From IMG/VR virus record IMGVR_UViG_3300042556_001330, positions 397-64,396 of that record: DNA of 64,000 nucleotides. One strand, given 5' to 3'. Made by a program: the position numbers and the translations under genes. A model generated the notes under the pieces. That model was not told the origin of the DNA. It saw nothing but the letters and a program-made list of their open reading frames with translations, and did no database searches. This stretch comes from a virus (lineage: Duplodnaviria > Caudoviricetes). Positions 19,231 through 28,069 of this stretch are shown here, one piece after another (positions within the stretch are counted from its first letter, which is position 1; the number at the start of each line of letters is the position of its first letter).

Positions 19231-20094
19231 ATGGCAGCATTAACTTCAATAACAGGTTTACAAAACCTAACAAATATAGTACAATTCCACGCAGATGAAA
19301 ATAGTTTAACATCTATTGATTTTTCTGGAATGTCATCACTTACTCTTATCGATATAAGTGATAACGATGTACCTGATAGTGGTACACCTTCTTTAACATC
19401 TGTTAATTTAAGTGGGTGTACATCTCTTGAAACACTTCGTATAGATGATAGTGATTTTTCAGCAGGATTTCCTGATTTATCAGATTGTACTTCTTTACAA
19501 TGGATAGATGCCGATGACTCCTATATGAGTGGTTCGGTAGATATATCAAATTTACCAGCATTAAGAGGTTTTGATTTTTCTCAAAATGGAGACTTAACCG
19601 AAATAATTATATCAAAAGACCAACCATTGGGTAATGGAGAAGAAATTGATATAGAAAGTTGTACTTCACTTACTCAAACTTCATTAGATAATATTCTACA
19701 ACAATTATCAAGTGGTTCTATAAGTGAAGGGTATATAAATTTTTTAAATACGGTAGCCCCAAGCTTAAACAGAGGACTTCCGGCATTAAGAAATCTTGTT
19801 GATGATAAGGGTTGGTCATATAGTTTAACTGCGAATTATAACCAACGTTTAGATAATGTAACGGATATATATCCATCATCGTCTGCAGCATGTGACGCAG
19901 CGGGGAATAATTTGTTAGAAACCAGATATATTTACAGTGGAAGTTATGTTGAAGTTGGAAATCGTGTATTTAGTGATGCTGAATTAGTGTACCCAATAGC
20001 AGACGGATACTTTGGAGAATTAGGAGATGGAACATTTATTTATCAAGTATCAGGTGGAGATGGAACTATTGTAGCACAAACAACTTGTGGATAA
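19231..20094 (+). CDS. Leucine-rich-repeat protein
   Basis: Repeats such as LTSIDFSGMSSLTLIDISDN, LTSVNLSGCTSLETLRIDDS and LSDCTSLQWID. Confidence 0.75.
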   Translation: MAALTSITGLQNLTNIVQFHADENSLTSIDFSGMSSLTLIDISDNDVPDSGTPSLTSVNLSGCTSLETLRIDDSDFSAGFPDLSDCTSLQWIDADDSYMSGSVDISNLPALRGFDFSQNGDLTEIIISKDQPLGNGEEIDIESCTSLTQTSLDNILQQLSSGSISEGYINFLNTVAPSLNRGLPALRNLVDDKGWSYSLTANYNQRLDNVTDIYPSSSAACDAAGNNLLETRYIYSGSYVEVGNRVFSDAELVYPIADGYFGELGDGTFIYQVSGGDGTIVAQTTCG

Positions 20095-20108
20095 AAAAAT
20101 AAAATAAA

Positions 20109-20360
20109 ATGGCAAAATTAATAAATTTAGTACCTGTTAAAGAAATAAAAAAAGAATCCATAGAGGATATGGATACTACAATACCGGCTAAAGTTGAAAG
20201 ATTTTTAGATAGAGCATTGAGTGTTATTAAATCATATAACTTATCCAGAAAAAAAGAACAATTGGTGATTGCAAAATTGGTAGATGCATTAGGTATGACA
20301 CCACAAGAATTGTCAATTGCAGTTCAAAAATTAAAAAAGAATAAAATCGTAAAGAGATAG
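20109..20360 (+). CDS. Small head-module protein
   Basis: MAKLINLVPVKE leader shared with the 21584 ORF. Confidence 0.6.
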   Translation: MAKLINLVPVKEIKKESIEDMDTTIPAKVERFLDRALSVIKSYNLSRKKEQLVIAKLVDALGMTPQELSIAVQKLKKNKIVKR

Positions 20361-20363
20361 TAT

Positions 20364-20798
20364 ATGTTAAAGTTAAGAGATTTATTAAAAGAAACCGAAG
20401 AGTTTGAGCAATTACCAACGGAATTGAAAAAACACTTTTTAGAAATTATTTCAACTTATAACCAACATAGAGAAGGTATGAGTAGAAAGTCCGATATTAT
20501 GCAAATTGCAGAAACATTGGGTGGTATTGCAGATGCTGCACAAGAATATACTTTGAGAGAAGGTGGTGATTGGTTTGATAGAGTTACTATTAAAAGAAAT
20601 ATGAATGAGTTAAAGAAATTACAAACTTCATTTGAAAAGGAAGCAGTTGAAGCGAAATCACAACAACAAAGATTAGAAGCTCTTTATGAAGATATGGGTC
20701 ATGTGTTAGGTAGATACTTTGAAATAGCAGATTTATCTGAAGAAGTGATGAAACAAAGATTAGGATTACAAGAATGTAAAACTTGCAATGGCAAATAA
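20364..20798 (+). CDS. Helical head-module protein
   Basis: MLKLRDLLKE leader; coiled coil; LYEDMGHVLGRYFEI. Confidence 0.65.
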   Translation: MLKLRDLLKETEEFEQLPTELKKHFLEIISTYNQHREGMSRKSDIMQIAETLGGIADAAQEYTLREGGDWFDRVTIKRNMNELKKLQTSFEKEAVEAKSQQQRLEALYEDMGHVLGRYFEIADLSEEVMKQRLGLQECKTCNGK

Positions 20799-21225
20799 AC
20801 AAAAATTAAACGAATTTTCTTTGGTAGCCATACTGGGTGGTATAGCATTGTTTGCTTTTTTCAGTATGTTATTTGGAAGACTTGCGGATAATGTTGACGC
20901 TTACTATAATGGTAGAAGTGTAGAAATACAAAGAGCTCTAAAAAAAATATTAAAATCATTATACAAAAATAATACATTTTTAGCAAGAATAGATGATGAC
21001 GCAGAAAGAATGGGAGTTGGTGGTGGATTAATATCTGCAATCATGGGATACCCTGAATTAAAATCGGAATTAAATTCTTACAAAAATGACAAAAATATTA
21101 ATTTTGAAGAACTTAAAAATGAATTAAGTAAAGTTTTAACAAAAGGAATATTTGAAGAAGCACAAGATAGAGGATTAATAGTTAATTTCGAAAAACAAAT
21201 CAAAAATACAAAATGGAGCAATTAG
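20788..21225 (+). CDS. Protein with TM segment immediately after an LNE site
   Basis: KLNE|FSLVAILGGIALFAFFSMLF; architecture resembles the 17702-18118 ORF. Confidence 0.6.
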   Translation: MANKQKLNEFSLVAILGGIALFAFFSMLFGRLADNVDAYYNGRSVEIQRALKKILKSLYKNNTFLARIDDDAERMGVGGGLISAIMGYPELKSELNSYKNDKNINFEELKNELSKVLTKGIFEEAQDRGLIVNFEKQIKNTKWSN

Positions 21226-21584
21226 CATCATTATTATTACATAGCAGAACACAGGCACATTCATTTCATTTAGGAGTTAAAGGTACAGGTGCACTATCTG
21301 CACATTTGGCATTAGGAAATTATTACGATTCTATCGGTGGTATCGTTGATGGATTAGTAGAAGCATATCAAGGACAATATGGTTTAATTAAATTACAACC
21401 TGTTAGTGGTTTAGATACAAACAATGATATCAAAAATATAATTGCATACTTTGATAAATTAGTTGCAGCAGTTGCAAAATTGAGACAAGACGAAAAATTA
21501 CAAATGAGTTGGTTACAAAACGACATAGATACTATTGTAACTTTATTATATTCTACAAAATACAAATTAGTTAATTTACAATAA
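21213..21584 (+). CDS. Ferritin/Dps-like four-helix protein
   Basis: AHSFH...AHLALGNYYD...DGLVEAYQG...LQNDID...TKYKL pattern. Confidence 0.7.
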   Translation: MEQLASLLLHSRTQAHSFHLGVKGTGALSAHLALGNYYDSIGGIVDGLVEAYQGQYGLIKLQPVSGLDTNNDIKNIIAYFDKLVAAVAKLRQDEKLQMSWLQNDIDTIVTLLYSTKYKLVNLQ

Positions 21585-21883
21585 TGAAATTAATAAATCT
21601 AATACCATTAAAAGAGGAAGCTGTTAAACTAAGAGCTGGATTCAAAAGAGTATCGTCTGAATATATAGATGCCATAAGAAAATATGAAGGACTAACAACT
21701 CGTCAAAAAATGATGAGTAAATCATATTTTGATGAACAAGATGAAGATAGAAAAAATCAATATCTCTATCAATTAAAAAAACATCAAGAAGATATCAAAG
21801 ATGCAAAAGATGAATTAAATAAAGTAGAAAAAGACTACGAAAGAGAATTAAAAAAACAATTGGAATACCAAAAACCATATTAA
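21584..21883 (+). CDS. Small coiled-coil head-module protein
   Basis: MKLINLIPLKE leader. Confidence 0.6.
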   Translation: MKLINLIPLKEEAVKLRAGFKRVSSEYIDAIRKYEGLTTRQKMMSKSYFDEQDEDRKNQYLYQLKKHQEDIKDAKDELNKVEKDYERELKKQLEYQKPY

Positions 21884-21889
21884 TCAGTT

Positions 21890-22066
21890 ATGTTGATAGT
21901 TAGTGTTAAGAACGGAAATATAGAGTGGGCATTGAAGGATTATAAAAGAAAAGTTCAGGCAACAAAACAAATAGAAGAACTTAGAGATAGAAAGAATTTC
22001 ACCAAACCTTCCATTAGAAAGAGATTACAAAAAGAAGAAACTATAAGAAAAAACAAACTATTTTAG
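21890..22066 (+). CDS. rpsU: Phage-encoded ribosomal protein bS21 (58 aa), not in the ORF track
   Basis: MLIVSVKNGNIEWALKDYKRKVQATKQIEELRDRKNFTKPSIRKRLQKEETIRKNKLF matches the bS21 pattern (IE.AL..KRK...E.R.R..F.KPS..R) with a Bacteroidota-like MLI start. Confidence 0.9.
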   Translation: MLIVSVKNGNIEWALKDYKRKVQATKQIEELRDRKNFTKPSIRKRLQKEETIRKNKLF

Positions 22067-22112
22067 TAGTTTTCTTTAGTTTTCTAAAAATTTTAGATAT
22101 ATATTATCAAAT

Positions 22113-22229
22113 ATCTCATTTTTTATTATGAGATTACAAGACATCGTTGATTAATGAATACCCTTCTCTATAAGGTGTGACCGAACAATCAACATAATTA
22201 CATTGGAGTTCCCTACAAGAATAACTTCA
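22113..22229 (+). ncRNA. Putative structured 5' leader of the scaffold-capsid operon
   Basis: Three stems: 22113-19/22128-34, 22146-52/22187-93 (with an inner stem) and 22204-10/22223-29. Confidence 0.4.
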
Positions 22230-22252
22230 CAACAAAATTTAAGGAAAAAAAG

Positions 22253-23497
22253 ATGGCAAATTCAAAATTATTGAAAGAAGCAATCGCTGACGCTAAAGCC
22301 GTTAAAGAAACTGCATTAGCTAACGCTAAGTTAGCTTTGGAAGAGGCATTTACTCCTAGACTTCAATCTATCTTATCTCAAAAGATGAGAGCAGAAGCTG
22401 AAGTTGAAGATATGGAAGCTGACAAAGTTGACGAAGAATTAAACTCAACTGGTATCGGGTCTAAAGTAGACGCAGGATACGCTGAGACTCCAGGTGCAAA
22501 CCCAACTTTAGATGCACATACTGATTTATCAGTTGGTGTAAAACAAGATGGTGGTAAACCTGAACAAGCTGGTACTGACTATAAGAAAGTAGCAGACATT
22601 TCTGAAGAAGAAAATCCATTCGCTGACAAAGAAGATGACAAAGATGCAGAAATTGCAGAATTGAAAGCTAGATTGGCAGAATTAGAAGGTGAAGATTCTG
22701 AAGAAGAAAAAATGGAAGGTGAAGATGAAATGGGCATGGATGACATGGGCATGGATTCTGAAGATTCTATGGATATGGATTCTATGGACATGGGTTCTGA
22801 TGACGAAGAGTCTGAAGATGATATGGACTTAGAAGCAATCATCAGAGAATTAGAAGCTCAATTAGGTGATGACGATTCTGAAAAAGAAGAAGGCATGTAC
22901 GAAGCAGAAGAAGAAGAAGAAGAAGCTAAAAACGAAAATTTAGCTGATGGTTCTGAAGCTGGAACTGACAAAGGTGAAGACCCTAAAGTTGTAGTAACTA
23001 ATGAAGCTGAAGAAGATGACAAAAAAGACGATGTAATCGACTTAGAAGAAATCTTAAGAGAAATGGAAGCTGATATGAAAGGTGATGACAAAGAAAAAGT
23101 TGACGAAGCTGAAGAAGAAGAAAAAGAAAAAGAACTTAACGAAGCTTACAAAACTATCAAGTCTTTACAAAAAACTATCAACGAAGTAAACTTATTAAAC
23201 GCTAAGTTATTATTCGCAAACAAATTATTCAGAGCACACAACATGACTAACGAACAAAAAGTGAAAGTGATTGAAACTTTGGATAGAACAAACTCAGTTA
23301 GAGAAGTTAAATTGGTATACTCTACATTAGCAGAGAATTTCAAATACACATCTAACAAATCTACTAAAAAATCTATTTCTGAAGGAATTGCAAGCAAAGT
23401 AACAAAATCTACTAAGCCTGCAGTAGCTAAACAAGTAATTGCTGAATCTACAAATTTCGCTGACAGATTTAAGAAATTAGCAGGTATTATTAAATAA
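22253..23497 (+). CDS. Prohead scaffolding/core protein
   Basis: Very acidic coiled coil with many L-x-E sites; directly upstream of the major capsid gene; high-expression codon bias. Confidence 0.8.
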   Translation: MANSKLLKEAIADAKAVKETALANAKLALEEAFTPRLQSILSQKMRAEAEVEDMEADKVDEELNSTGIGSKVDAGYAETPGANPTLDAHTDLSVGVKQDGGKPEQAGTDYKKVADISEEENPFADKEDDKDAEIAELKARLAELEGEDSEEEKMEGEDEMGMDDMGMDSEDSMDMDSMDMGSDDEESEDDMDLEAIIRELEAQLGDDDSEKEEGMYEAEEEEEEAKNENLADGSEAGTDKGEDPKVVVTNEAEEDDKKDDVIDLEEILREMEADMKGDDKEKVDEAEEEEKEKELNEAYKTIKSLQKTINEVNLLNAKLLFANKLFRAHNMTNEQKVKVIETLDRTNSVREVKLVYSTLAENFKYTSNKSTKKSISEGIASKVTKSTKPAVAKQVIAESTNFADRFKKLAGIIK

Positions 23498-23520
23498 ATT
23501 AACAAATAAATTCATTGAAA

Positions 23521-25128
23521 ATGGACTTAAAAAAAATTATGACTGGCGCAAACCCTCAAAGCATTATGCTTGAGCAAACAAGAGGTTTGAAAGCTAAGTG
23601 GGAAAAAACAGGTTTGTTAGAGAACGCGGGTTCTGAAACAACTAAGCATGGTATGGCAGTAATGTTAGAAAACCAAGCAAAACAATTATTAGACGAAGCT
23701 ACAAGAACAGGTACATCTGCAGGTTCTGAAGAGTGGGCTGGTGTGGCATTACCATTGGTAAGAAGAGTTTTCGGAAGCATCGCTTCTAAAGAATTCGTTT
23801 CTGTACAACCAATGAACTTGCCTTCAGGTCTTATCTTCTACATGGACTTCAAATATGGTACTAACCCAGCAGGTAATCCAAACTTTACTGGTTCTTCATT
23901 ATTCGGTAATGGTGGAACTTTCGGTAAAGATTCTTTATCTCCATCAGGTAACAAATTAGGTTCAACTCAAGTAGCTGAAGGTGGTTTGTATGGTGCAGGT
24001 AGATTCGGATATACAATCAACAACGCTACTGCTGCAATCACTGCAACAGTTGCTTCTGCATCTTTAGCAGATATCGACTACGATTTATCAGTTTCAGCTG
24101 TTTCTGCATCTTTTGCAGCTAACACTTTGAAGAAAGTAACTGTAGCATTGCCTGCAGACGCTGATTTTAATGGTATTAGAGCATTCGAATTAACTATGTT
24201 GACTGGTTCAAACTTAGCTTATTTCCCTCAATACACTACTAAGAATGGTAACAATGTTGAATTCGTAGTAAGTGGAACAGCTACAGCTCCATCTGTTGGA
24301 ACATCTTTAGCATACCACGTACAACCAACTGATATCTCAAGAGGTGACTTCGAAGATAGAGGTAATGATTTGGCTATCCCAGAAATCGAATTAGAATTGA
24401 AATCTGAGCCTATCGTTGCTAAGACAAGAAAATTAAAAGCTATTTGGACTCCAGAATTAGCTCAAGACTTAAACGCTTACCATAGTGTAGACGCTGAAGC
24501 TGAGTTAACTCAAATGTTGTCTGAGTACATCTCTTTAGAAATCGATTTAGAAATCTTAGAAATGTTACAACAAAATGCTTTCACAACTGACTACTGGTCT
24601 TCTAAAGTAGGATATGACTGGAATGGTGCTGGATTCTCTATTGATTCTAACGCTGCTGCAGCATCTGCTTACACTAAGAGCACTTGGTATCAAACATTAG
24701 GTATCAAATTACAAAAGGTATCTAACAAAATCCATCAGTTAACAATGAGAGGTGGTGCTAACTTCGTAGTAGTATCTCCAAACGTTGCAACTATTTTAGA
24801 ATCAATGAACGGATTCTCTGCAAACCCAGGTAAAGACGCTTTACAATTTGCAGCAGGTGTTTCTAACATCGGTTCAATCTCTAACAGATATGATGTTTAC
24901 AAAAACCCATACATGACTGAGAATGTAATCTTGTTAGGTTTCAAAGGTTCTAACTTCTTCGAAACAGGTGCTGTATACGCTCCATATGTTCCGTTGATTA
25001 TGACTCCATTAGTTTATGACCCAACTAACTTCACTCCAAGAAGAGGTGTTATGACTAGATACGCTAAGAAAATCGTAAGACCAGAGTTCTACGGTAAGAT
25101 TATCGTTGATGGTTTAGATACTCTTTAA
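23521..25128 (+). CDS. Major capsid protein (T4 gp23-like)
   Basis: KW..TGLLE, LENQ, LPLVRR, VSVQPM..PSGL.FY, AKTRKLKA.WTPELAQDLNAYH, YAPYVPL, GVMTRYA. Confidence 0.96.
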   Translation: MDLKKIMTGANPQSIMLEQTRGLKAKWEKTGLLENAGSETTKHGMAVMLENQAKQLLDEATRTGTSAGSEEWAGVALPLVRRVFGSIASKEFVSVQPMNLPSGLIFYMDFKYGTNPAGNPNFTGSSLFGNGGTFGKDSLSPSGNKLGSTQVAEGGLYGAGRFGYTINNATAAITATVASASLADIDYDLSVSAVSASFAANTLKKVTVALPADADFNGIRAFELTMLTGSNLAYFPQYTTKNGNNVEFVVSGTATAPSVGTSLAYHVQPTDISRGDFEDRGNDLAIPEIELELKSEPIVAKTRKLKAIWTPELAQDLNAYHSVDAEAELTQMLSEYISLEIDLEILEMLQQNAFTTDYWSSKVGYDWNGAGFSIDSNAAAASAYTKSTWYQTLGIKLQKVSNKIHQLTMRGGANFVVVSPNVATILESMNGFSANPGKDALQFAAGVSNIGSISNRYDVYKNPYMTENVILLGFKGSNFFETGAVYAPYVPLIMTPLVYDPTNFTPRRGVMTRYAKKIVRPEFYGKIIVDGLDTL

Positions 25129-25167
25129 TCTTTGAGTAGATTTTAGTAACTTAAACTAAAAACATAG

Positions 25168-25200
25168 AAAAAGGGGAAGTAGAAATACTTTCCCTTTTTT
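25168..25200 (+). terminator. Rho-independent terminator after the capsid gene
   Basis: GGGGAAGTA-GAAA-TACTTTCCC stem followed by a T run, with an A run 5'. Confidence 0.85.
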
Positions 25201-25237
25201 ATTTTTGATATTTATTATAAATCATCTTAATATATAA

Positions 25238-26335
25238 ATGGAACCAAGATATACGGCTTTTGAAAAAGCTAAAAATTATACAAAACAATATGAATTAGAT
25301 AGTGTTGATTCAATAGTAACTCGACAAGAGGATGATATGTTGGGGTATATTTCTGCAGGTCAATTTGCAACAACTGGTTCAAATATATTTGATGGTGGAC
25401 AAATCATATTGGGAAATTTGAATATTGATGGTGATATTAATGCAAATCAATTTTTAGTAACAACATCATCGGTAAATCATTATACTGCATCTACTAATTT
25501 CGGATTGGATGATGGGGATACACATACATTCACAGGTTCGGTTAGAATTACGGGTTCATTAAATACTATTGGAACTACAACTATGACGGGTTCACTTTTA
25601 GTAAGTGGTTCAACTACTCAAATTGGAAATAACACATTATTGGGTAATACGATTTTAAGTGGTTCAATTGGAATTAGTGGTTCTACACTTATAGAAGGAA
25701 ATACTAATATAAAAGGAATGTTATTTGTAAGCGGTTCGACAAATTTTTCAAACCACACAATTACAATGACGGGTTCAATGTTTACAAGTGGTTCTCAAGT
25801 AATCACAGGTTCATTGGATATTAAAGGAAATGTAAATGTAGCAAGTGGTTCTGAATTTTATTTAGCAGGAAACAAATTATTCAATTACGGACAGTTTAGT
25901 GATACAACTACACAAAGTGGTTCACAAAATACCGCATATGCAAAACGATTTAACACAATTGATTTTGCACACGAAGTTTCAATCGTAAGTGGAAGTAGAA
26001 TAACAGTTACAAACACCGGAATATACAATTTACAATTCTCATCTCAATTAGAAAATACTGCAAATTCAAATATTACATTTGATATATGGTTAGCATATAC
26101 GGGTAGTAATGTTGCAAATTCAAATACACAAATTGATGTAACAAAGGTAACAGGCCTATTGGGTAAGCAAGTAGCAGCTTGGAACTTTATGTTACCAATC
26201 AAAGCAAACGATTATGTGGAGTTGATGTGGAGTTGTAATGCAAATACAGGTCAATTACACGCTTCGGGTGTACAATCAAATCCTAATAGACCTGCAATCC
26301 CATCGGTAATTGCAACATTGACACAAATCGGATAA
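25238..26335 (+). CDS. Ser/Gly/Thr-rich fibre-like virion protein
   Basis: Repeated xTGS/xSGS beta units; C-terminal beta-sandwich-like domain. Confidence 0.65.
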   Translation: MEPRYTAFEKAKNYTKQYELDSVDSIVTRQEDDMLGYISAGQFATTGSNIFDGGQIILGNLNIDGDINANQFLVTTSSVNHYTASTNFGLDDGDTHTFTGSVRITGSLNTIGTTTMTGSLLVSGSTTQIGNNTLLGNTILSGSIGISGSTLIEGNTNIKGMLFVSGSTNFSNHTITMTGSMFTSGSQVITGSLDIKGNVNVASGSEFYLAGNKLFNYGQFSDTTTQSGSQNTAYAKRFNTIDFAHEVSIVSGSRITVTNTGIYNLQFSSQLENTANSNITFDIWLAYTGSNVANSNTQIDVTKVTGLLGKQVAAWNFMLPIKANDYVELMWSCNANTGQLHASGVQSNPNRPAIPSVIATLTQIG

Positions 26336-26353
26336 CATTCTTTTTTTATTCTT

Positions 26354-26362
26354 ATATTTATA
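26354..26362 (+). promoter_or_regulatory. Putative late promoter motif ATATTTATA
   Basis: Recurrent intergenic motif. Confidence 0.6.
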
Positions 26363-26387
26363 GTAGTAAAACTATAAATTTTAAGTA

Positions 26388-27599
26388 ATGTCTATAAACA
26401 CATATTGGACGGGTTCATCTGCATCAGAATTTTCAGAATCAGTAACATTATCAATTGCAACTCCATTTGGAATATATGATAACGACCCTGATTTTAGAAG
26501 TGATGCACCTAAAACATCAGTTTGGGTGGCAAAAAGATTAGGACATCCTATTGTAAACATTGAATTAGATAATCAACAAATTTGGGCATGTTTTGAAGAA
26601 TCTGTTTCGGAATATTCTGCACAAGTAAATCAATTCAACCTTAGAAACAATTTGGATATACTTAGAGGTCAACCTAAAGGTAAAGTTGCAAATTATTCAC
26701 AAACACTTGTAGATGGTTCATTCTTGCCAACAACGGTTCGTATGTCTCAACAATATGGAACACTTGCCGGAGTTGGAGGTGCAACAGCTATAAAAAAGGC
26801 ATATGTCAATTTAAGTTCATCGGTTCAAATATACGATTTAATAAATCAAGCAATTGATGTTCAAACGGGAAATACAATTTCATCATCATTAGCGGGTTCG
26901 GCATCTACAATAGATGTTACAAGAGTATATCACGAAGCAATTCCTGCAATTACAAGGTTCTTTGACCCATATTCAGTAGGTGCACAGGGAACTTTAAACT
27001 TAATTTCTGAATTGGGATTTGGTAACTATTCACCCGCGGCACAATTCTTAATGATGCCTTTATATGAGGATGTTCTAAGAATGCAACAAATTGAATTTAA
27101 TGACCACATTCGTAAGTCGGCACATACATTTAATATTGTAGATAATAAATTAGAAATATTTCCAGTTCCAACAAACAATACTGTTAAGAAAGTGTATTTT
27201 GAATATATGAATAGAGATGAATTTGAACATGATTCTCAAACCGTTCAATCCGATTCACTTTCAGATTATTCCGATATTCCATACGATTTTATCCAATATG
27301 GTAATATAAATGAAGTTGGTAAACAATGGATTAGAAAATATACTCTTGCACTTGCAAAAGAACTATTAGGTGCTATTAGAGAAAAATATAATTCTATTCC
27401 AATTCCAGATGGTGAGGTTAGTTTGGATGGTGCGGCATTGAGAGCGGAAGCACAAGTAGAGAAAGATGCACTTATTACACAATTAAGAGAGAACTTAGAA
27501 GAGATGAGTAGAATAAAAGTGATGGAAAATAAAGCACATGAATCAACTCACCAACAAGAAATGTTAAGAAAAGTTCCTTTAAAATTATATGTAGGATAA
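26388..27599 (+). CDS. Neck/head-tail adaptor (T4 gp13-like)
   Basis: RLGHPIVNIELDNQQI, WIRKYTLALAKELLG.IR.KY, V.LDG. Confidence 0.8.
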   Translation: MSINTYWTGSSASEFSESVTLSIATPFGIYDNDPDFRSDAPKTSVWVAKRLGHPIVNIELDNQQIWACFEESVSEYSAQVNQFNLRNNLDILRGQPKGKVANYSQTLVDGSFLPTTVRMSQQYGTLAGVGGATAIKKAYVNLSSSVQIYDLINQAIDVQTGNTISSSLAGSASTIDVTRVYHEAIPAITRFFDPYSVGAQGTLNLISELGFGNYSPAAQFLMMPLYEDVLRMQQIEFNDHIRKSAHTFNIVDNKLEIFPVPTNNTVKKVYFEYMNRDEFEHDSQTVQSDSLSDYSDIPYDFIQYGNINEVGKQWIRKYTLALAKELLGAIREKYNSIPIPDGEVSLDGAALRAEAQVEKDALITQLRENLEEMSRIKVMENKAHESTHQQEMLRKVPLKLYVG

Positions 27600-27600
27600 T

Positions 27601-28068
27601 ATGCCAAAGTTTATGTTAGGGAGAGACTTGCAACTCTTCAGAAGTATTGCAAGAGAATTGGTAGATACAGTAATTGAAAATACTTGTGTATTATTTAAAG
27701 TAAATTTAAATGAAACCAAAGTAAACATTTATGGTGAAGCTATGAATAAAACTTGGCATCCTGGTGTTGAATTATTTGTGTTGATTGATAAAGAACCCGA
27801 CAACGCTACATATGAGGGATTTGGTCCAGAAGAACAACAAAATATAACTTTCAAATTTGATAGATTATTATGTGAAGAGAGAAATGTATATCCAGAAATT
27901 GGTGATGTTATATATTTTGATGATTCATATTATGAAATAGATAATACAAATGAAATTCAATTTGTCGGTGGTTTACCTGGTGAAAATAGTGATAGAAAAT
28001 GGAGTATTGTGTGTTCTACATTTATGGTATCTAAATCTAATTTAAATATTGAAGAAAGAATAAAGTAA
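27601..28068 (+). CDS. Head closure/neck protein (gp14-like)
   Basis: NIYGE, PEIGDVIYF..YYEI; follows the gp13-like gene. Confidence 0.65.
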   Translation: MPKFMLGRDLQLFRSIARELVDTVIENTCVLFKVNLNETKVNIYGEAMNKTWHPGVELFVLIDKEPDNATYEGFGPEEQQNITFKFDRLLCEERNVYPEIGDVIYFDDSYYEIDNTNEIQFVGGLPGENSDRKWSIVCSTFMVSKSNLNIEERIK

Positions 28069-28069
28069 T

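Noticed and set aside
19216-19233. Readthrough joining the in-frame PKD-like and LRR ORFs
   Set aside because: Two in-frame TAA codons intervene, and the second ORF has its own A-rich ATG context
22067-22252. tRNA in the long intergenic gap
   Set aside because: No cloverleaf, TTC-containing T-loop or acceptor stem is recognisable
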